Below, piece after piece: positions 25,926-35,518 of a DNA stretch of 64,000 nt. Position numbers and translations under genes: made by a program. A model generated the notes under the pieces. It saw only the letters and a list, made by a program, of their open reading frames with translations, was not told the DNA's origin and did no database searches. The first letter of the stretch is position 1, and every line of letters starts with the position of its first letter. The stretch is from Nanobdellota archaeon. GTDB taxonomy: Archaea; Nanobdellota; Nanobdellia; Pacearchaeales; GW2011-AR1. Location: positions 167,037 to 231,036 of the forward strand of contig JANLHN010000003.1 in the NCBI GenBank assembly GCA_024654505.1, read 5' to 3'.

Positions 25926-27200
25926 TCATACTTTCACACATCACGACATCCACACACAAAACCAGTAACGACATGAGCTTTACCGCCCATCTCAACACTC
26001 CAGAAACTCGTGGATAAGCAAGATACTTTCAAATGGAAACTTTTGAGAGAATCTATGTGCTAGTCGTGACTGTGTTTCTGAAACAAATGCGTCGGAATAT
26101 CTTAGAAATAAGTGTCTGACGTATGCTCTGATGGTGAAATACGTGTCTTAAGTCACTTAGCTTATACAAAGCGCTGGATGTCTCCTTGAGGGAGGGCTTC
26201 CAGAGAAACGGGGTGTTCCTGTAGTGGCTGTTTTTTGTCGCCCTGATGGTCGGGGTGATTCTTTTTATCGGCTGAGACGAAGGCGTCTCGGGAAGGAGTT
26301 CGCGTGATTAGGATGGGCAACGGACATAGGAGTTCGGAGAAGAAGGAGGGGAAGGTGAAGATAGTGAGGACACCTGCTCCCCCTTCTGATGAGGCACTGC
26401 TTCAGGAGCGGCTGCGCCAGATGGATGTGGCTTCCGGGAAGCTGCCCAGGATGGGGCGGAAGAAGGGGAACAACGGCTTCAACGGGGAGTCGAACGGCCA
26501 GCAGCTAGATGACCCGCTCCGTTCGATGATCCTCCCCAACCACCTCTAGAAGGGAGGGGTGATGGGACGGAAGAAGCAGTGCTATGGGAGAGAGGGAGTC
26601 TGTTTGACTCCTAATTGTCCCTACGCCCTGGGTTGTATCCAGATCTGGGGCAGAGACCGACTCCTTAAGAAGAGGGGAGTTGGGGTAGAACAAAGCGTGC
26701 CGAGGGGCTCGGTGCGTTCCAAGGGCCCGCAGGGCAAAGTGTCCCGGGAAAGAAGAATTGGAGGGAGGATAGTAAGTGAGCAGACCGATTTTCTCAACAC
26801 CATCTCAGATGATGGTGGGACTCCCAGAAGTTAGTGGGGGGAGGAAGGTCTCGGTGGACCGCGCCCTGGAAGTCCTGGGGTTGACGGCATCCACCTTCAG
26901 AGACAAGATACAGAGGGAGGAAGGTTTCGACATGGATAACCTCGTTGCTGGGGGGAAGAAGTTCTCTGCGAAGGGGGCGCCTCTGGCTGGGGGGGAATTC
27001 CTCCTCCGGGTCTTCATCGGAGGAAACATCGAGGCCAGAGTTCTCCTGGACCCTGAACGACAGAGGGTACTCTCAACTCAGGAAGTCCAGATGACTAGAG
27101 AGGGGGTAGTGGCCCTGTAAGAGGTCATGGGCTCCTAGACGGGACGATGCTGGGGGTGTGGGCTAGGGAGGAAGTTCTGCCTACACCCCCAGACAGGCTG
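25926..27200. other. GC-rich (~55%) compositional island with sharp boundaries. It contains 3 short overlapping ORFs in different frames and ends in a hairpin GGGGGTGTGGGC...GCCTACACCCCC
   Basis: Visible base-composition shift relative to the ~33% GC flanks. Candidate ORFs are 26304..26549, 26559..26834 and 26776..27120. Confidence 0.6.
26776..27120 (+). CDS. Possible excisionase/MerR-type HTH DNA-binding protein inside the GC-rich island
   Basis: VSVDRALEVLGLTASTFRDKIQREEGF resembles the excisionase-family helix-turn-helix. The reading frame overlaps the upstream ORF, which suggests possible frameshift decay. Confidence 0.3.
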   Translation: MSRPIFSTPSQMMVGLPEVSGGRKVSVDRALEVLGLTASTFRDKIQREEGFDMDNLVAGGKKFSAKGAPLAGGEFLLRVFIGGNIEARVLLDPERQRVLSTQEVQMTREGVVAL

Positions 27201-27446
27201 ATTTTTTTAGTAATAGGGTCAAGAAAGAAAGGAGAATCTCATGAGTAACAATCTTTGGACCACGTTTGTTTTTTTGTTTTTTTGTTTTTTTTTGCCTTTA
27301 TCTATATACTTTAATATATATGTTGAAGAATATAGGTTGAAAATTGTTTTTTGTTTGAGTTTTTGGGGCTGGCCGCCCCGAATAAAGAATTTGAAGTTTG
27401 TTGGAACCACAACAAACTTTATATAATCCTTGAGATAATCTTTGTT

Positions 27447-29897
27447 ATGGGTGATAAATATGTTCGGTGGTTGTCTTCTCTTTCTAAAAAAGACTTAAAC
27501 CTTGCTGGAGGAAAGGGTGCAAACTTGGGAGAGATGTATAATAATAAATTTCCTGTTCCACAAGCATTTGTTGTGACGACTGATGCCTTTTTTTATTTTC
27601 TTAAGGAAACAAAAATCAAGGATGAAATAAGGGCGTTGTTAAACCGAATTGATGTAGATGATTCGGATAAATTGGCAAAGATAGCTGAAGAAATTCGAGA
27701 AACTATCACTAATGCTAAAATGCCAGAAGTTTTAGAAAGAGAAATTATTGAAGCATATGACCATTTTAATGTTGATTTGGATGGTTTAAAGAGTTCTCCA
27801 GGGGCGCTTTCTATTTTGAGGTCTTCGAGAGAACCTGTTTTTGTTTCTGTGAGGTCTTCGGCAACAGCAGAGGATTTGGAGGGAGCAAGTTTTGCAGGAC
27901 AGCAAGAGAGTTTTATTAATGTTCGAGGAAATAAAGAATTAATTGAAAAGGTAAAACGTTGTCTCGCATCTATATTTACTGCTCGGTCTCTATTTTATCG
28001 TAAGAAGAAGGGCTTTGAAGATTTTGTAGGGATTGCAGCTGTCGTTCAGCGAATGGTTAACTCTGAAAAATCTGGTGTTATGTTTTCTAGACATCCTGTA
28101 AAAAATAATGACGAAATTTTAATTGAGGCTGTTTTTGGTCAGGGAGAGGGAATTGTTTCTGGACAAATTAAACCAGACCAACACACAGTTAGTAGGGATT
28201 TTAAGATTCTTGATGAAAAAATATCTGATAAAAAAATTGAAATTATCCGAACCTCTGGAGGACAAACAAAAACTAAAGAGTTAGGACCAGAGAAATCTAA
28301 GGGCCGTGTTTTGAAAACTTATGAGATTAAACAATTAGCAGAGTTTGCAATTAAACTTGAGAACCATTATAAGAAGCCGCAAGATATTGAGTTTGCTATT
28401 GAAAATGGAGAAATATATATTTTACAAACTCGCCCAATGACTGCACTGAAAAAAGATTATAAGGAAATGGAAGAACTTGAAGGTCATCTTTTAACGAGTG
28501 GTTTGGCTGCATCTCCAGGGGTTGCTTCTGGTCCTGTGAGAATTGTTAATTCTATGGAGGATTTGGGAAAGGTTCGTGATGGAGATATTCTAGTTACTAC
28601 AATGACTAATCCTGATATGGTTGTTACTATGCAAAAGGCTGCTGCGATTGTAACTAGTGAGGGAGGTGTTACTGCCCACGCCGCGATTGTGTCAAGAGAA
28701 ATGGGAATTCCTGCCGTCGTCGGAACAAGTGATGCGATGGATGTTTTGACTGATGGAATGGAAGTAACAGTTGATGGTTTTAATGGAAGAGTTTTTGCTG
28801 GAAAAGCTGAAAATAAAAGTGTGAAGATTCTTCCAATAGTGCATACAAAAACCAAAATTAAAGTTTTGGTCGATTTACCTCAATTTGCAGAGAGGGCAGC
28901 AAAGACCGAAGCTGATGGTGTTGGTTTGGTGAGGCTTGAAGGCTTAATTGCTAGCTCAGGTAAACATCCCTTGGCCTATGAAGGAGAAAACAAATTAGAA
29001 GAATATCAGGAAATGTTGAAAAAAGGGCTTCTTAAAATTGCAGAGGTCTTTATCGGAAAACCTATTTGGGTTAGAACATCAGATATACGAAGTGATGAGT
29101 ACTCAAATCTTGAAGGAGCACCTAAAGAAATTGAAAAAAATCCTATGCTTGGAGATCATGGAATTCATTTTTCGTTGAAACATCCAGAAATTTTAAAAGC
29201 CGAACTTAAGGCAATTAATGAACTTACGAAAAAAGGACATAAATTTGGTGTAATGTTTCCTCAGATAATCTCTGTCGAGGAAGTGAGGGCGGCACGAAAA
29301 ATATTTAATGAAGTTGGAATGGATAAAGTGGCTTTTGGTTTGATGATTGAAACTCCCGCTGCAACAATTTTAATTAAAGACCTTTGTGAAGAAGGAATTG
29401 ATTTTATTTCTTTTGGAACAAATGACTTGACGCAATATACTCTTGCTATTGATAGGGGAAATGAACATGTTCAAGATATTTATAATGAAATGAATTGGGC
29501 TGTTTTAAAACAAATTGCTAGGGTAATTAGAGAATGTAAAAAACAAAAGGTTGAAACTTCTATCTGTGGGCAAGCCGGTTCAAATAAGGAGATGGTTGAA
29601 TTTTTAGTTAAGCAGGGGATTGATTCCATTTCTGTTAATGCAGATGTTGCGAGAGAAATTTCTGAATTAGTTAGAGATTTAGAGGGTGGGACAAAGGTTG
29701 AAGAAAAAGTTGTTGAGAAGAGTGAAGAAAAAAAGGTTGAAGAAAAGAATATTCTTGATGAAGAAATTGTTGGTGAAAGAGAGATTGAGGAAAAAAATGA
29801 TTTAGGAACCGAAGAGGAATTAGTTGAGGCTGAGGAAGTTGAGCATCACCAAGGGCATTCAGATATTCATGTTGCTAAAGAAGACATTTTTGATTAA
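27447..29897 (+). CDS. ppsA: Phosphoenolpyruvate synthase (pyruvate, water dikinase)
   Basis: N-terminal KYVRWLSSLSKKDLNLAGGKGANLGEM. Phospho-His domain GGVTAHAAIVSREMGIPAVVG. PEP-utilising C-terminal TIM barrel including NDLTQYTLAIDRGN. The start was trimmed to MGDKYV at 27447. The C-terminus has an acidic low-complexity extension. Confidence 0.9.
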   Translation: MGDKYVRWLSSLSKKDLNLAGGKGANLGEMYNNKFPVPQAFVVTTDAFFYFLKETKIKDEIRALLNRIDVDDSDKLAKIAEEIRETITNAKMPEVLEREIIEAYDHFNVDLDGLKSSPGALSILRSSREPVFVSVRSSATAEDLEGASFAGQQESFINVRGNKELIEKVKRCLASIFTARSLFYRKKKGFEDFVGIAAVVQRMVNSEKSGVMFSRHPVKNNDEILIEAVFGQGEGIVSGQIKPDQHTVSRDFKILDEKISDKKIEIIRTSGGQTKTKELGPEKSKGRVLKTYEIKQLAEFAIKLENHYKKPQDIEFAIENGEIYILQTRPMTALKKDYKEMEELEGHLLTSGLAASPGVASGPVRIVNSMEDLGKVRDGDILVTTMTNPDMVVTMQKAAAIVTSEGGVTAHAAIVSREMGIPAVVGTSDAMDVLTDGMEVTVDGFNGRVFAGKAENKSVKILPIVHTKTKIKVLVDLPQFAERAAKTEADGVGLVRLEGLIASSGKHPLAYEGENKLEEYQEMLKKGLLKIAEVFIGKPIWVRTSDIRSDEYSNLEGAPKEIEKNPMLGDHGIHFSLKHPEILKAELKAINELTKKGHKFGVMFPQIISVEEVRAARKIFNEVGMDKVAFGLMIETPAATILIKDLCEEGIDFISFGTNDLTQYTLAIDRGNEHVQDIYNEMNWAVLKQIARVIRECKKQKVETSICGQAGSNKEMVEFLVKQGIDSISVNADVAREISELVRDLEGGTKVEEKVVEKSEEKKVEEKNILDEEIVGEREIEEKNDLGTEEELVEAEEVEHHQGHSDIHVAKEDIFD

Positions 29898-29898
29898 A

Positions 29899-30744
29899 TT
29901 ACTTTTTTTCTGTTATTTCGTCGACTAAACGAGCCATTTCTCCCAGAAATTTATCGGCTTTCACAAACCAATCATCAATTTGTTTTCCTTCAATAGAAGT
30001 CAATTCTCCATGAATCACCCTCTTTGCTGCATTATGAATCTCAACATAACTATCTACATATTTTTTGTCTAACCTTTTTGTAGAAACAAATTGTTCTAAT
30101 AAATCTTCAGGTACTTTTTCTGGAGATGCTGGAGTAGTTCCTGAAGAGATTAAAGCTGCGTGTGCAGAATCTACCATAGTCCAATAAAGACCATCAACTA
30201 CAGAGAGCATTGCTTGTTTTGCTCTAGTCATATGGTGTGGGGCCCTTTGCAAAAGTGTATAAATTGATTCTGGGGTTGCCTTTATCTTTCCTTCTTTTAA
30301 AAGAACCCTTAAAGGATTAAAAAATCCCCCAATGTCTATTAGAGAGTCACCATATCTTAATACATTCATGACAACTGGGTCTCCTCTTAGTAAATCCTCC
30401 CACCAAGTAGAAAGTTTTACGGTATTTACATGAAGAGGTTTTACGTAAGGATTTATTTGTATAATGTTTCCTAGTTCCTCTCTATACCATGAGATAAGCT
30501 CTTGGTCCCATTTAACAGAAACATCATCTATAATAATCACAATATCAATATCTGATTTTGGAGTGGATGTTTTTTTTGCAGAGGAGCCGAATAGCACTAT
30601 AGATTTTATTAATTGGTCAAATTCTTTGTACACTTTTGTAGCGAAATCTGATGCAATGTCTCTCTCCCTTGCAATAAGAAGAGTTTTGGGTTTCTCTAAA
30701 CTTATGGACTTTCCTCTTTTAGGTTTATCTTTTTTCTTCACCAT
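29899..30744 (-). CDS. Nucleotidyltransferase-domain protein (Pol beta superfamily, kanamycin-NTase-like with helical C-terminal domain)
   Basis: LFGSSAKKTSTPKSDIDIVIIIDD carries the GS...DxD NTase motif. It is a second, shorter paralogue of the 19735 family. Confidence 0.55.
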   Translation of the reverse strand: MVKKKDKPKRGKSISLEKPKTLLIARERDIASDFATKVYKEFDQLIKSIVLFGSSAKKTSTPKSDIDIVIIIDDVSVKWDQELISWYREELGNIIQINPYVKPLHVNTVKLSTWWEDLLRGDPVVMNVLRYGDSLIDIGGFFNPLRVLLKEGKIKATPESIYTLLQRAPHHMTRAKQAMLSVVDGLYWTMVDSAHAALISSGTTPASPEKVPEDLLEQFVSTKRLDKKYVDSYVEIHNAAKRVIHGELTSIEGKQIDDWFVKADKFLGEMARLVDEITEKK

Positions 30745-30784
30745 CTTTTCATTAGTAGTTAGTAATTATATTTTATAAAGGTTG

Positions 30785-32671
30785 TTAGGACATTGGGGCT
30801 CCTCCAAAACGGGACCTACCCCCAGGCATTTGTCCACCAAGGTCAATTGGCATTGTGGTAAATCCTGCACCATATATAGAGTGGTGTAGTTCTGGATTGA
30901 TTGTCCCATATCCTCCGAAATAACTTCCTTGACCACCTTGGATTTGAGACCAGGCAGGGCCAGCCTTCATTCCATAAATACCACTCCCCATAATCCCAAG
31001 ATTGTGGTGCATAGGGTTACTTTTAAATTGGGCAATGTACCTCCCTCCCCCTTCAATAATTTTCCTCATCTCCTTTAGTCTTCCAGTCTTTTCAAGTTCC
31101 TTTAACATTTCTTTTATAGGTGCTGTTCCCATCCCTGGTGGAAGCTCTGAATCCGAATACCCAAAATTATCTGACAGATGAACATGCTTGACCATGCTCT
31201 TATCTTTAGTCATCACTTTTGTTTGTTCAATTATATCCTTTTCAGAATAACCATGTTTTCTCAAAGTGTTAATATGTCCTACATCCCATGTTGCCCCAAT
31301 ATGTTTTTCAGCTATCTTTATTGCCGCACCCTTACTCATCTTTTTTCCGTTTACCATGTTTTCAACAAAGACTTTTCTTGATTCATTAATCAAATCCCTC
31401 AAACCTTCAGCATCGCTGAAAGCCATGTGTTCTGGAAGATTTTCTATTGTTATAACTGGCGCATTTTTCCCATAATTTTTATAGGCACTAGTAGCCATGT
31501 TCCCAAAAGTTTCTGCAGCTTTTTTTGTTGCATAACTTTGAGCATCAACAAAGATTTTTGGAGCTTCTCCTTTTCTAGTTATATTGTTTAATTTTTCTAT
31601 TGCTCTTTCATGAATTTCTTTTTTTGCAAGAGTATTTGCAACATAGACTCCTCCATTTACATCATGGACATTTTTCATTTGGTTGGAATACTCTATTGAG
31701 AGATTTTTCAATTCTTTTTGTTGTTCTGGAGTTCCATATTTATATGCCTTATCAAAGGCTCCTACAAAATTTAATCTTATATTGTCTAGAAAGATGTCTG
31801 CTTTTTTCAGTTTATTTGCTGCAGCCATTTTATTTTCATCAAAATTTTCGATTGGTTTGTTATTCCTTACATCAAAAACTTTTCCATCACTTCTTATAAA
31901 TGCATTTTCAGATCCCCTTAGGTCTTCTCTAGCCGTTCCTATGACCTCCCCAATTTGTTTGTCTACACTAGCTAATTCTGTCATTTTAGATTCCCAATTT
32001 GTTACATTAACAGCATCTAATTGGTCCTTTGCATAATAGGGTTTTCCTCCCTTGTCTAAAAGGTCTGGGCGTTCTGGTCTAAATTTATTTTCTGTTTCAA
32101 GGGCTGTTGCCTGACCTGTTTCAAGATTTATTGCAGTAGACTTTTCTAGGATTTTGATTCTATTCCCTTTCTCGTCTTCCCTAAATCCATATCTTCTTCC
32201 AGGAACAGAACTAGATGCATGAAATACTACTGGAGTATTTCCTTTAGGGTCTAAATCATGAGCTTTCTCGATAGACTGAAACATTCTTCTCTCATTTGAT
32301 TTTCTTTCAGATTCTCCTCCAGTCCAGCCTGCCTGCCCAAAGCCGGAAGGGTCTACCATAATATTACCATGAACAGAAGGTTTGACTCCAGACAATCTCA
32401 TTAAAGCACGCATTTCAGCAAAATGTTGTTTTGGGATAGATTGGTCCAAGTCATTCATCCCAAGAATACTAACCTCAAAAGTTTTTGTTCCTGATTTTAT
32501 GGCATTAACTGTGTCCATAAGCTGATTTGCAGTTTGTGCCGAACCTGGAAAACCAACATTGACTGGAGAGATTCCATATCCTTCACTTTGTTCTCCGAAT
32601 CCCCCAAAATAAGAGGGGTTAAATGAAGACCCACCCCCACCATAAAACGACTCGTAACTTTCTTTTCCCAT
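30785..32671 (-). CDS. Xylose-isomerase-like TIM-barrel (AP-endonuclease-2 / sugar-phosphate isomerase-epimerase fold) protein. It has a ~250-aa central insertion and Gly/Tyr-rich low-complexity termini
   Basis: N-proximal FEVSILGMNDLD...VVFHAS and C-proximal WDVGHINTL...VKHVHLSDNFGYSDSELPPGMGTAPIKEMLKELEKTG match the conserved first and last strands of the AP_endonuc_2 barrel. Termini are SFYGGGGSSFNPSYFGGFG and GSYFGGYG...GGRSRFGGAPMS. Confidence 0.5.
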   Translation of the reverse strand: MGKESYESFYGGGGSSFNPSYFGGFGEQSEGYGISPVNVGFPGSAQTANQLMDTVNAIKSGTKTFEVSILGMNDLDQSIPKQHFAEMRALMRLSGVKPSVHGNIMVDPSGFGQAGWTGGESERKSNERRMFQSIEKAHDLDPKGNTPVVFHASSSVPGRRYGFREDEKGNRIKILEKSTAINLETGQATALETENKFRPERPDLLDKGGKPYYAKDQLDAVNVTNWESKMTELASVDKQIGEVIGTAREDLRGSENAFIRSDGKVFDVRNNKPIENFDENKMAAANKLKKADIFLDNIRLNFVGAFDKAYKYGTPEQQKELKNLSIEYSNQMKNVHDVNGGVYVANTLAKKEIHERAIEKLNNITRKGEAPKIFVDAQSYATKKAAETFGNMATSAYKNYGKNAPVITIENLPEHMAFSDAEGLRDLINESRKVFVENMVNGKKMSKGAAIKIAEKHIGATWDVGHINTLRKHGYSEKDIIEQTKVMTKDKSMVKHVHLSDNFGYSDSELPPGMGTAPIKEMLKELEKTGRLKEMRKIIEGGGRYIAQFKSNPMHHNLGIMGSGIYGMKAGPAWSQIQGGQGSYFGGYGTINPELHHSIYGAGFTTMPIDLGGQMPGGRSRFGGAPMS

Positions 32672-32716
32672 ATATCACCTGTTAAATTGAAGAGAGAAGA
32701 TTATATAAAACTAGTG

Positions 32717-33379
32717 TTAAACTGTTCTCTCCCCAGAATATTTATTATCAAATTCACTCTCAGAAGAGATTTTAAGAGATTTTGCGGACCGTAACCCCTT
32801 AACCTCTAAACTAGAATGTCTTTTAGACATGATAAAATCATTCTCTAGAGGATTGGGTTGATTTAATTTCGGAACATAAAAATCGCTCCCTATCTTAGGA
32901 CCACTATAAACGTCTTGTCCATCTCCTTGACCAGAGTTATATTGATTTGTTTTTCCATCCCGCTTATTAGGCGTAGCCCCATAAGAAGAATCCCTTTGAT
33001 TGGAGGAATTTGAATAAAAATCTGTGGGGTCTCTTTTTCCTGAGTAGAAGTCTCTACCTCCTTGCCCCCCATTTTCTACTAATCTCTCAAATGAATCGTA
33101 GGGTTGTTCCTCTTTTTCTTTTTCTTCCTCTTCTTCTTGTGGCCCTTCTTTTATTATTTCTTCTACAATAACTTCTTCAAGATTCTTTAGTTTTGGCCCT
33201 TTATAATTGGGGATTACTGAAAGTATTGAATCGCTAAAAGAAAAATCTTTTTCTTGCGAAGAATCTTCTTGTTTTTTTTGTTCTTTTGGTGGTTCTTTTT
33301 GTTTTTCTTGTTTTTTTTCTTTATCCTTTTCGTTCTTCTTTTTAACAATTATTTTGTCCTTCTTATTTGCATTCTTCAT
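32717..33379 (-). CDS. Low-complexity protein. The N-terminal half is KE-rich and the C-terminal half carries G/S/D-rich DFYS repeats
   Basis: KKDKIIVKKKNEKDKEKKQEKQKEPPKEQKKQED followed by GGQGGRDFYSGKRDPTDFYSNSS...GQGDGQDVYSGPKIGSDFYV. Confidence 0.4.
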   Translation of the reverse strand: MKNANKKDKIIVKKKNEKDKEKKQEKQKEPPKEQKKQEDSSQEKDFSFSDSILSVIPNYKGPKLKNLEEVIVEEIIKEGPQEEEEEKEKEEQPYDSFERLVENGGQGGRDFYSGKRDPTDFYSNSSNQRDSSYGATPNKRDGKTNQYNSGQGDGQDVYSGPKIGSDFYVPKLNQPNPLENDFIMSKRHSSLEVKGLRSAKSLKISSESEFDNKYSGERTV

Positions 33380-33452
33380 GAAGATTAAATAGAACTATAG
33401 TTTATCTATTTTATTATTCAAGGATTAACCTTTCTTTCAATGGACAGAGAGA

Positions 33453-35012
33453 TTATACGTTCGGTTCTTTGGTTTTCTCTTCATCCGCATTTTCAAATGG
33501 TTCTGCAGAAGATGCCATCCCATGGGCTTTTTTATAGATATCATAAACATTGTATAACCAATCTGATGCGGCTAGTGCTGCATCTGCACGAACCGATTTT
33601 TCTACAAAATTATCTTTTTTCACATTCTTTATATCTATAATGTTTTTCTTCTTTCCATCACTCTTTTTTTCTTTTTTCTTGAATAACCCAAACAAAGCAG
33701 TGAAAGGATTGATATCATCTTCGGCTTTTTTCTTTTCTTCTTTGTCTTCCTTTTTTTCTAAGAAATGTTCAAGGTCTTCTCTTAGTTCCTCTAGAGCCTC
33801 TGCTGCAACATCTCCAGAAAACTTTAAACTATCTAAGGCGTCTTGGTTCTTTAGTTTGTCCATAATTATCTTAACTTCTTCTTCATTGAGAGAATAAGCA
33901 TCAAAGTCCATATCTACTCTCCCACCCATAGCAAAACCATAATCTCCCTTTTGGGTTACTCTTTGAGAAACATGACCTCTATATTTAAGGTTTATAACAA
34001 TACATTGATAGTACTTCCTCTTCAATTTATAATCTCCAAATTTTGGGTCTGGCTTTACTTCTTTCTTTCCAAAAAGGGTTAACTCAAACATAGAAGTACT
34101 GAATGCATTTACCAGGGCGGCATTTCCATCAAATCCTTTCTGTCTTAGTTCTTCTGCGGCCTTAAGGTAAGGCTTCATCCAAGATGAATAAAGTTTTATT
34201 GTTTCTATTTGGCTTTTTAAATAACTCTTTTCTATACTAAATCTTTTTCTCATTTCTTTTTCAGAATAGTCCATCCATTTGAGAAATTCACTTAAACGAG
34301 GAACTAAAATTCTGTATACTTGGTCATTAATTACTGCTCCCCCCTTTTCGCTTTTCATGTTCTCTAAATCTTTCTGATTGTTTGCAACCATGAATGCTTC
34401 TCTTAGAGTTGTGTAACCCATTTCCATAGTGGCTAATTGATGTATTGCTCCACGTCCCCTTTTCATATCAACGTTATCAAGCCAAATTTGTTTTAATGCC
34501 AATATTCCTGACTCTCTTTTCTTTGGGTCTTTGGATTTGGCGTCGTCATAATGTTCTAACCTTATCTCAAATTCTTTTAAGTCATATATTAGGTTTAAGA
34601 CAGATTTTATTACAGTATTCACATCTGCCAAAATTTTTATTCCTTTGTCTTGCATGAGAGCTACTTTTTGGCCCATCTCAGAAAAATGTCCGGAACCGGG
34701 ACTAGAAACAAAATTATCTGTTAGTTTTTCCATAGTCCAACCAGCATCTTGAACAAAATCTAGGAGCCAATAGTAAATAGGTTCTAGTTGGGATTGTTGA
34801 GAATCAAAATGAATCTTGTAATTCGCGATGGAGTTTGCTGGAAATGTATATCCCCCGTCTTTTTGTTTGTCTTCTTTATATTTTTTTAAAATACCTTCTA
34901 CACCCTCAGAATCTACAAGTTTTTTGAATTTTGATAAATCACTCCCCCCTTTACTGTAGTACATTTCGGGATTAACTGCTGTTATTGCGACTTTTACCTC
35001 TTCTGCGCTCAT
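33453..35012 (-). CDS. Hypothetical protein (519 aa) with acidic/Lys-rich C-terminal tail
   Basis: The start was trimmed to MSAEEVKV at 35012. The upstream part of the tracked ORF reads through the promoter, and TTTATATAT lies 22-30 nt upstream of this ATG. No recognisable family. Confidence 0.5.
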   Translation of the reverse strand: MSAEEVKVAITAVNPEMYYSKGGSDLSKFKKLVDSEGVEGILKKYKEDKQKDGGYTFPANSIANYKIHFDSQQSQLEPIYYWLLDFVQDAGWTMEKLTDNFVSSPGSGHFSEMGQKVALMQDKGIKILADVNTVIKSVLNLIYDLKEFEIRLEHYDDAKSKDPKKRESGILALKQIWLDNVDMKRGRGAIHQLATMEMGYTTLREAFMVANNQKDLENMKSEKGGAVINDQVYRILVPRLSEFLKWMDYSEKEMRKRFSIEKSYLKSQIETIKLYSSWMKPYLKAAEELRQKGFDGNAALVNAFSTSMFELTLFGKKEVKPDPKFGDYKLKRKYYQCIVINLKYRGHVSQRVTQKGDYGFAMGGRVDMDFDAYSLNEEEVKIIMDKLKNQDALDSLKFSGDVAAEALEELREDLEHFLEKKEDKEEKKKAEDDINPFTALFGLFKKKEKKSDGKKKNIIDIKNVKKDNFVEKSVRADAALAASDWLYNVYDIYKKAHGMASSAEPFENADEEKTKEPNV

Positions 35013-35033
35013 AATCAATAAGAGAATAACGAA

Positions 35034-35042
35034 TATATAAAC
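35034..35042 (-). promoter_or_regulatory. TATA box (TTTATATAT on the minus strand) for the 33453..35012 gene, leaderless spacing
   Basis: Centred ~26 nt upstream of the ATG at 35012. Confidence 0.5.
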
Positions 35043-35108
35043 GTTTTTAACAAACTTTAAATAAACCCTTTGCGTTTTTGTTTTATGATATTCGGGAAGA
35101 AAAAACGA

Positions 35109-35480
35109 ATGATTGATGTTAGAGAACTCCAGAGAAGAGGAGTTGTACATATTCCAAAAGAGGAAATTGTAATCCCTACAGATAAGGAGGGTTTTGTTGA
35201 ATTTGGGAGAGGAAGTAAGGCACAAATAGCAAGCCCATCAAAACAGAGTTCTTCTAGTTCGGGGAATTTTTTTGGGTTTATGGATTCTTCCTCTTCGAGT
35301 AGTTCTTCTTCAAATTCCTTTGGAACCGAAGCAGAGGGCTATAATAAAAGGGAGGTTGATTCTAAGATAATTGGGTTAGACAATAAGATTTACAAACTTG
35401 AACAGAGGATTGAGCTACTTGAGAGAAAACTAGATGTTAACCGTCCAACGGACTCTAATACAGGTGTTATGGGGTGGTAG
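35109..35480 (+). CDS. Hypothetical protein with Ser-rich linker and C-terminal coiled coil
   Basis: The tracked ORF begins at a TTG (35070). ATG candidates are at 35085 and 35109 (MIDVRELQRRGVVHIPKEE). Contains SSSSSGNFFGFMDSSSSSSSSSNSFG, then KIYKLEQRIELLERKL. Confidence 0.4.
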   Translation: MIDVRELQRRGVVHIPKEEIVIPTDKEGFVEFGRGSKAQIASPSKQSSSSSGNFFGFMDSSSSSSSSSNSFGTEAEGYNKREVDSKIIGLDNKIYKLEQRIELLERKLDVNRPTDSNTGVMGW

Positions 35481-35518
35481 TCCAACACATTTAAAATATA
35501 CTATATCTTAACTAAAAT

